This document shows, in pieces, positions 55,467 to 64,000 of a stretch of DNA of 64,000 nucleotides. The translations under genes were made by a program, and so were the position numbers. The stretch is from positions 1,341,894 through 1,405,893 of the forward strand of contig NW_014577068.1 of NCBI RefSeq assembly GCF_000485595.1, in the 5' to 3' direction. A model generated the notes under the pieces. That model did no database searches. It was not told the DNA's origin and saw nothing but the letters and a program-made list of their open reading frames with translations. The DNA is from Priapulus caudatus (taxonomy: Eukaryota). Positions within the stretch are counted from its first letter, which is position 1. The number at the start of each line of letters is the position of its first letter.

Positions 55467-57081
55467 TCTCTCTCTCTCTCTCTTTTTCGCTCTCTCTCTC
55501 GGTCTTGCTCCTCTCTCACGCATTCCTTTCCCGTTCGTTATTTCTTCCCCCTCTCTCTGTGTTGTTTTCCTCTGTTTTCTTTCATTACATTTCTCTATCA
55601 AACTCGTGTGAGCAGCTTCTAGTCCCATTACTTGCTGAGATTGATATGATTTTAGTGTCACCTCAAACACCTAATTTTAAATCTTTACTGTGGTCGCAAA
55701 AGTGGGTACTAATTTCTTTCTCGATCTCGGAAATCCCGCAGAAACCTGCATATCTAGTATGCTGCCACAAGCATGCATGGCAGGTTAAGTGGCTAGCACA
55801 CACAGACAGCTAGCTCACATTCGTAATATTGGTCATGGTGTCAACTGCCTGGCATTCAGCGAATGCGAAATGGTAGGTATGCTTGGGCTGTGACCTAGCG
55901 TTGGGAGGCATGCTGCATTACGCGCACAGACGGCTAACCGCTGCTCGCCGTAACAACAGGTAATCGGGCGCATGAATGTTCTTTTATTACGGTTGAAGTA
56001 CTCTTGTGCTCAAGCAACATTCGGGCTCTCCTCTTTCACATGACGTGTGCAGTCTTCGCAGCGTCGTTTTGTTTTCTGCTAGCATTTTTTATTGATGTCA
56101 TAAAATTGTCCCATACGGTAGGTTAAGTAATTTTTGTGTAAGCCACTCGCCATGGGATATTTCAAAGGTCTCATTGTTACCGCGGATTCATGCATTCTTT
56201 GCTTCCTTTGTAATTGATACCCTCCACTAGGTAACACGAGGGACATTTTGTGTGCTCCTAAAATAAGGTACATCTTTTTGTTTCCTGTTCTCTGTAATTT
56301 CTCTCGTTTGTTGTCCGGATTTCAAGTAGAGCGTTTATGTTTAGTGAGACGATTGTAATTTTACATTTCTTGCAACTGAAACTCACATTTCTGCCACCAG
56401 GTGCTGCTGTAAGCTATGAAGTATATTAGAAAAATCATTTTGAAATTTTACAGTGAAATTTTGATAATGCGTGATCAGACACATTTACTTGCATTAATAT
56501 TCTTCACTGCGTGCCTTGTTTATTAGCTACACTAATTTTTACCCGTTCTCTATTTCGATTTGAAAGGATTTACTTTTATGGGAGGCTCACCATTCGTCAG
56601 TTTTGAAGTTCCGATAATATTTTAATTTATATTTCAAATATGTCTCACAAGACACATGCGGTTACCTTAATATGTTCACCACTAGTCGCCCGTGTTTATA
56701 CGCGCTGCACTAAGATTGATGTAAACAAACCACATTTATTTATTCCGCATGAAAGCGAGGGAATAGCTAAGCCGCCAGGTAGCAGAGTTACTAACATCTG
56801 TCCCCTCCAGACATAAAACCTTCGCCACTTGACGAGGGCTTGAGTGGCACGTATGTGTCAGGGTTGAACAGCTGCGGGCAGACGGGTGCGGGCGCGGGCG
56901 CGGGCGCGCACGCTGTCAGAGTAGCTTCCCACGTGCAACCGCCTGCGTCTGTTACGTCTGCGTGACAGGGCTGGCTTGCTGTCACACAGTCTAGCTATAT
57001 TACACATGATATCAGGGCTGGTTTGCTGTCAACACAGTCAGTCGGATTAGCCCTGTCACACAGGTCACCTCAGGTCTCACG

Positions 57082-57373
57082 GGGGCAGCCCTATAGACCG
57101 AAGGTCCGATAGACCGAATATTGCAAAGGGTTAGGGTTACAGTTAGGGTTAGGGTTAGGGCATATATATGGTTTGTAGTGGCATCATATGATTTATAGTG
57201 GCATCGGTGGATGTGCGGCATATTCACGTTCGAATACGGCATCAGTGGATGTCCGGATGCCTAGCCTGGAGGCTAGGCGACCGATTCCGGACGTGTAGCC
57301 ACTGCGTATTCGAATAAACCTTCGGTCTATCGGGCCTTCGGTCTATCGGACCTTCGGTCTATAGGGCTGTCAC
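57082..57373. mobile_element. MITE with repeated subterminal motifs, internal (TTAGGG)n and an internal hairpin
   Basis: TIR CAGCCCTATAGACCGAAGGTCCGATAGACCGAA / TTCGGTCTATCGGACCTTCGGTCTATAGGGCTG; TTAGGG units 57128-57160; TSD unclear. Confidence 0.85.
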
Positions 57374-57447
57374 TGTCGCACAGGGTTCATCCGGCTCTGT
57401 GTCACAGTAGCAGCAATCCTCACACGACTACAACCCTGTGCGGCCGA

Positions 57448-57507
57448 TCTCTCTCTCTCTTTCTCTCTTTCTCTCTCCCTCTCGCTCTCGCGCTCTCTCT
57501 CTCTCTC

Positions 57508-57567
<60 letters not shown>

Positions 57568-57590
57568 ACACTCGCTCTGTCTCTCTCTCC
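57448..57590. repeat. (TC)n microsatellite
   Basis: direct reading. Confidence 0.9.
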
Positions 57591-57967
57591 CCGACTTCAG
57601 AATGCGAGCGGGCTAGGCGAGTGCCAGTGTTTAGTTGCAGGATGTTCAATCCGTGCAGAAAGGGTTAAGGTGCTTGTTTGACCCCGATGTCTGCTGGTTA
57701 CATCCCCCAGGGGTGTTTGTCTGGCGGGGTCACCACCAGTCTCGTCTGAAAGTCTCATCCCAGACTGGCTGGCCTTGAATTGGCCAGATATTAACAGCTG
57801 GCGGCCGTGAGTGGTTGCTCGCGCCTCGGCGTCAGGGATGCGACTAGATGACCTGGCGCGGCTGCTCACCACCAGTCAGCAACTTCTGGCTTGTAACGGA
57901 GGAGGACTACAGAACAGGTTATGTGAGCGCTCGCTCGCGTGATGAACCTGTCCAGTAGAGTCGGGCG

Positions 57968-58010
57968 TAGCAGCAGCAGCAGTAGTAGTAGCAGTAGTAG
58001 TAGTAGTAGT

Positions 58011-58090
<80 letters not shown>

Positions 58091-58104
58091 TAGCAGCAGC
58101 AGCA
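57968..58104. repeat. (CAG/TAG)n trinucleotide repeat
   Basis: direct reading. Confidence 0.95.
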
Positions 58105-58611
58105 TCACACTATCACGATTGTACCGCCTGCCCCCCTTCCTTCTCTCACCTGTCTTGCCGGCAGGCAGTGTTAGTCTGCTGTCACACAGTCTGTCTACAC
58201 CAGGAAATCACGTTTACAAGCATCACACCGTTACGATTGTGCCGCCCCCTCCCACTTACACGTCCCCCGGTCCTGTCTCGCCAGGAGTGTTCTGTTTTAG
58301 TCGCGTAGGGTCGTGGTGATCATGAGCGGGCGGGAAAGAATTATTCGCAGGTGGGCGGGTGGGCAGGGGGACGTAGGATAGAACAGACACCTGATTGTCA
58401 GCGAGTCGGGGAGAGGGAAGGGTGTGGCGATATCGTGAAAGGGTTTAGCTGTCTCGTTTCCGAACCGCGAGCGAGAAGCGCAACCGAAAAATGCGTGTAA
58501 ACTGGAGCAGCGGGGGCAGCTCTATGTGCACAAGAGACGCGCAGATAGAGAGGGTGAGCCCGTTAGGAACACAGTCGGCAAGCGTAGGTTCCCTCCTCCC
58601 CCTCCAATCTG

Positions 58612-59180
58612 ATGTCTGCATGCCAGTCTTCTATGTCTGCGTGTCTGTCTGATGTCTGCATGCCAGTCCTCTATGTCTGCGTGTCTGTCTCTGATGTCTG
58701 CGTGTCTGTCTTCTATGTCTGCATGTCTGTCTTTTATGTCTGTCTTTTATGTCTGCATGTCTGTCTTTTATGTGTGCATGCCTGTCTCCTATGTGTGCAT
58801 GCCTGTCTGCTAAGTCTGCTTGCCTGTCTCGTACGTCTGCATGTCTGTCTCCTAAGTCTGCATGTCTGTCTCCAATGTCTGCATGTCTGTCTTCTATGTC
58901 TGCATGTCTGTCTTTTATGTCTGCATGTCTGCATGTCTGTCTTTTATGTGTGCATGCCTGTCTCCTATGTGTGCATGCCTGTCTCCTACGTCTGCATGTC
59001 TGTCTCCAATGTCTGCATGTCTGTCTTCTATGTCTGCATACCTGTCTGCTATGTCTGCATGTCTGTCTCTAACGTCTGCATGCATGTCTCCTACGTCTGC
59101 ATGTCTGGCTGCTATGCGTGTCTCCTATGTGTGCATATCTGCCTGTTGTCTCCATGTCTGTCTGCTATGTGTGCATGTCC
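58612..59180. repeat. 21-bp minisatellite
   Basis: unit ~TATGTCTGCATGTCTGTCTTC; the 7-aa periodic ORFs in several frames are a by-product. Confidence 0.9.
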
Positions 59181-60744
59181 CGCACAGCTCGCGCCGCACT
59201 GTCCGAGCGTGTTGATCTCGCTCGCTCGGAGCATGAGGTGCTAGGCGCCGGGTCAATTAGCGTGGTTGAAATTCGTAAGAATTGAAGAACTTCGCATCGA
59301 TTTTACGCATTCTGACTCAACGGGGTGTGGAGTGGCCAGCATGCTGGCTGTTTGGGGGCAGCAGAAGGTCAAGTGCTGCTCTGCGCGCGTTAATTGTAAA
59401 TAAAACAAATTGTAACAAACATTGCATGTGAAACGTCGTCGAGCTCGCAGTCACGGCTTCTGTTTTTCTATTCGTCCTTTCTGAAATTGCACGGCAGTTG
59501 TGTTTATATGTCGCGAACACAAGTTTGCAGGAGCTAGTTGTTCGGCGTAATAAGTATATGATCTCTTATTTTGTGCATGTATAATAGAGAAAGGTATTTT
59601 ACGCTCATCCAACACCTGCTGTGTGTGAGTGTGTGTAAGCCGTGATGGCTTCAGTATTATGGCATAGTATGATCCGTAATTGTTCCATCAGGTAACATTT
59701 TCCAGCAGGAAGTAAGCTAATTTCGGAAATGAAATCATGCGATTATTTATCGTGACCATGCAAATAGTCGAGCAAAGACCTACAGTAGATGTGGCGGTAT
59801 ATTGCAATTTCGGAAATTATGCTTTGGTGAACACCACCCGATAAACCAGCTCTATTTAGACACAGCGAACCTATATAGAGGTACAGTGGAGCTAGGAGAG
59901 CCGCCGACAAGCTGTCGCAGACACTAATTTCATTACCCGTATTTGAGTTAGTAGATCTTCATTTGGAAAGTTCTATTCACGCGCTGTTGGGAGTCACTGC
60001 TCCCGCATACACGCTAAAGTGCCACGTGAGTGTGTGCGTGCGTGCGTGCGCGGATGGGTGCGTGCGTGCGGGTGGGTGCGTGCGTGCGTGCGTGAGTGTG
60101 TACGTGCGTGTGGGTGCAGGGCGGGGTGGCTCTCACCGGCCACTAGCCTTCTAATCTCGCCGTGTATACCCGTCATAATACACTGTGTACTTACATGGCT
60201 GTTTTTTGTAGTTGTTATTGTCTGTTGAAGCTTGTAGTTCCCTCTTGCTATCGTCGAGAGAGCGATGTACGCGGGCAGGATATAGATGGCAGGAGAGAGT
60301 GAAGTACATGCGCTAATCTTGCACATCGATACTTTCGTACACGGTTATTAGTTCGGGAAAGAAGACGGTCACGCGACAGTCCGTTGTCTCGGTATGCTAC
60401 ACTGCACATGGTTAGTGGTTTGAAACGCTTTTGTGACGATTAGAACCGTGTTTTTTTCGTGAGGCATCACTTTTTCACAAAGCTATAAGGGAGCTATTGT
60501 CAGCAAACGCCGCTCGGTGGAAGGGGGGGGGGCGAGCTCATCGTTGGTTGTGTAAATAATACACTGTCGTGATCGAACCTGTCCCCAATGATGGTGATAC
60601 ACCTGTATGTTTAGTGATCGATTTTGGATAGCGAAGATTGATTTAATACAGCGTGTAATACAACATATATCTGTAAGTAGAAGTGTTATATGCAGGTGAA
60701 TTCTTTCGTTTTCCCGCGCAGCTTATCGTTGACCGTGGCTTGCA

Positions 60745-61037
60745 GCTGAGAGGGTCTATGTCCCCCAGGGTACTGCCGGAACCGTACCCTGAGTACGGTC
60801 CGGTATACCGGAACGTACCCTGGTAACTATCTAGCTGATATGGTTAGGGTTAGGGTTAGGGTTAGAGTTAGGGTTAGGGAGTAGGCGTAGGCGTCTCCCT
60901 AGACTCGTTAGTGTAGTAGGCGAGGTACGGTCCGGCATATTAGATAGTAGTATTTAGTACCAGGGTACGTTCTGGTATACCGTACCGTACCCAGGGTACG
61001 TTCCGGCAGTACCCTGGGGGACATAGACCCTATCAGC
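60745..61037. mobile_element. MULE-like MITE carrying (TTAGGG)n, copy 3
   Basis: Closely similar to 21365-21593; TIR GCTGAGAGGGTCTATGTCCCCCAGGGTACTGCCGGAAC; 10-bp TSD GTGGCTTGCA/GTGGCGTGCA. Confidence 0.9.
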
Positions 61038-63775
61038 GTGGCGTGCAGCTTGTATGGGATGCACGTGACGCATATCGGGCTGATAGCAGCCAAACATTAG
61101 ATTTTGTGATCATTGCCCGTGTCCCCGGGATGTATGCATGCGCACGGAATAGACGTGGTGATTTAACACGAATTTATCTTTATTGATTTGGAGCAAGTGT
61201 CCGTACGGCCGTAGAACTGGTGGGCATTTACGTGTAGCGCGATGACTAGATTAAGCACACGATGTGCTGATTAGCATTACAGTCGAGGTGCTACTTGTGA
61301 GTGGTAAAGCCACACATATATATGCAGGCGTAACTACTATACTACTATACTAGGCCAGTAGCTCACTATTACATAAATATTTAACACAGTGCCTAATCAA
61401 TCATTCGCTACGGTTTTGTCTTGTTATCACTAACATTCATACTATTAGAAGTGTTAAAATTTTACTGTTTAGGAAAACTATGAAGCGACGCATTTGGACA
61501 GGCAGTTGTGCATAAATGCTGGTATGATTAGTACGGTAATTAATGTTTGAAATGTGTAATCATTATATTTCAAACCGCACCTCGGACCGTCGTTTTAATG
61601 GGCGTTAAACAGTCAGCGCGAGTGTGACTGTGAGGCCTTTTGAAAGCATAACTATACTAGACTAATTAATTATGCTCCTAGTATGAGCATGCTGCGGTCC
61701 GCCTGGAAAAAGTTGCATTTAAAAATGTTCGAATTTTCGTAAGGTGGAGCCGTTGTATATCGCGTGTTCTTTATGCCCGTGTACTGTTACATGGCAAGAG
61801 TTACATGCTTCGTCGCGCACTCTCGCGCGAAGCCTATCTTCGCAAACAAGCAAATAATATGTGTAGCAGTATCGGGAATTTATAAACACAGACTGTTTGG
61901 GTCTTTCCAGCAGTTATATTAACCAACCAAGTAGCTGGCTGCTGTGCTTGCGGTTAGGTACCATGTTGAGTCATGGGCTAGGAATGGAATGTATGTGTGG
62001 ACTTCTGTCTAGACAGGGACATTAACGGGGGAAGGGGAGGGCGTAATGCTGTATCTAGAAGCAGCATGAAGAGAAATAAGGCGTTACTGCGGAGCACGCA
62101 CGCACGCGCGCACACACACACGCACACACTCGAACATAGCCATAGCTGACAAACTTAGCCAATGGAAGGAGATGGTGACAGAGGAGGTAGTAATTACAGT
62201 AATACGGCTGAAAGAATGTAGGTGTTACTTTGAATACTGACGGTAAGGATGAAGATAATGGCAATCGCTACAAGCTTAGTTACCCTGCCCCCACCCACGC
62301 CTGGCTCCTCTCTCGCTACCCGCCGAATTCCAGCGGTTAGTAAGTGGTTTCAGGCCCGCACACGAGCAGATCGAGGAAGCATGCTGCGTGTGACAAAGCG
62401 CTGCCTCTATTAGTGCCGTGACAATGACCACGTTACGCTGGCGGGTTATCCGGACATTTCTCACATGAGCACTAATCAATACTTAACGATGTTTTGGGGC
62501 GTATGATGACTTTAAAGCGAAGGAAGGTTTCCTCCACTCGTAGCAGGAGTATACTGGAGGGTTCTCTCACTCTTTACCTGCTGCCGCTCGGGTGCGTGCG
62601 TGTACGTGTGCGTGTACGTGTGCGTGTGCGTGCGCGCGTGTGTACATTTACGTGCCGCTGTTTCAACTGGTACAGTAAAAGCACGTACTCTCCGCGCCTC
62701 CGTTTGGCTGGTGTAGTTCAAACGGTTTTTTAAGAAATTTGATCCGGGAGCAGCGTGAGGATTAAAGTTGGTTGAACTGTCTTCCAGATGTTGGCGTGCT
62801 GTGAAGCGGATTTTCAATTGAGCGTCGCCGTTGGCGTGTCATAACTCGGCTGTGTGGCGGGCTAGCAGGTTGAGCTCAATTTTAAATTGCATTCTTTCAT
62901 CTGCCATCTGTAATTTGCTGGTTACGGCGAGCGAGCTCCTATTTCGTGTCTGCGTTTACAGTGGTAGCCAGTGTGTGCATGCGACGCGGTCCGCGCTTTC
63001 TGGCCAACCAAGTTGAACAGGTGTTGTTTGATATACATTTTTCCTTGCTTTTCGAGCCTCATAAAAAAGTGGCCCCCAAGTGACATGATAGTTCAATTTC
63101 TGTGGGAAAGTTTGCTGTCTGCATCACATCAGATAGCCATCAAGTGGCGTTGCTTCTCTTTTTTTCGGACGGCCGCGCCTCGCGACTATAGGTTGGGAGC
63201 AAATTTCAGGTTCCAATTCTACAGCGAGCAGCAATTAAAAAAGTTTTGCATTCAAAACTGGGTTGCACAATTAAAATTTTATGCCTTGGGTAATCTATGC
63301 GTGATGATGGGGGTGTAACAGCTCTAGCCAATGAGAGGCCGTGGCAATCGAGCTGCCCTGTTGTTTTCTTGCATGCCCGGGTGCGCAGCAAGCGTCATTA
63401 ATTATAGTAATCAATTAGACGAGACGAACCGTGCTTCAGCCACGGTGTGGCCATGAGAACAATACAGTGGGGCTGAGGTCCGGGGTCGCTCGCGTAAATC
63501 TACGCATATTGCAGCAATTAATCGTAAAACTATACGTTTGTTTTTGAAACTATCCTGCTCGTATGTCTCACTCTTGCTCTTGCTTTTGTCGCTCTTGTGT
63601 CTCTCGTTTTCCACTCTCGTTTTCCACTCTCGGTTTCTGCTACAGCGGTTGATATTACGCCCGGAACTTAGAGACATGGTGATTTTTTGATAGTCGTCAA
63701 AATTTAAACTTTACTCTGTATAGCTTGCACAGTGATTGTAGTGATGAGGAGTCGTATAGTTCTGACAGCCCAGTA

Positions 63776-63778
<3 letters not shown>

Positions 63779-63817
<39 letters not shown>

Positions 63818-63819
63818 TA
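63779..63819. repeat. (TA)n microsatellite
   Basis: direct reading. Confidence 0.9.
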
Positions 63820-64000
63820 ACTCGAATCTGTGCATGCACGGGCAGTCTCTTGTTTCTTAGTGTTCATGCTTGATGAACTCTACCTGCTTTGAAATCGATA
63901 TTCGTGATGCCCACTGTTTGGATCAAGTTAAATGTAAATTGTCTGTGAAATGTGATGAGTGATAAGCGGTTAGCGTTGAAGCAGCTTGCCCATATCGGGG

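Noticed and set aside
58612..59244. 210-aa Cys-rich ORF, the longest in the window
   Set aside because: It is a translation of a 21-bp minisatellite that is open in several frames, with no domain or splice context.
60842..60879. TTAGGG run as a chromosome end or fusion scar
   Set aside because: The run is short and sits inside a TIR/TSD-bounded element.

Overview
Eukaryotic, almost entirely non-coding DNA from an animal genome, probably an invertebrate bilaterian. This is inferred from TTAGGG repeats, CTCF/YY1-like motifs, a Helentron/HINE-like end and abundant (TC)n, (CA)n and (GCAC)n tracts. No protein-coding gene can be recognised; the ORF track is microsatellite-derived or unrecognisable. 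The window reads like the upstream/intronic region of a large + strand gene, with a CpG- and YY1-rich promoter-like island at ~26-30.5 kb, a few candidate short exons and possible recursive splice sites. It also holds many small non-autonomous DNA transposons with readable TIRs and TSDs, and a probable fold-back assembly artefact next to an N gap. The most striking unexplained signal is a ~47-bp fixed-geometry element, TGACAGTRAATTTAWT-N5-AAAAT-N5-AAAATT-N4-ATTGG (TALE-like site, helically phased A-tracts, inverted CCAAT box). It occurs 10 times in non-homologous flanks, mostly in clusters, and only in the first 26 kb.
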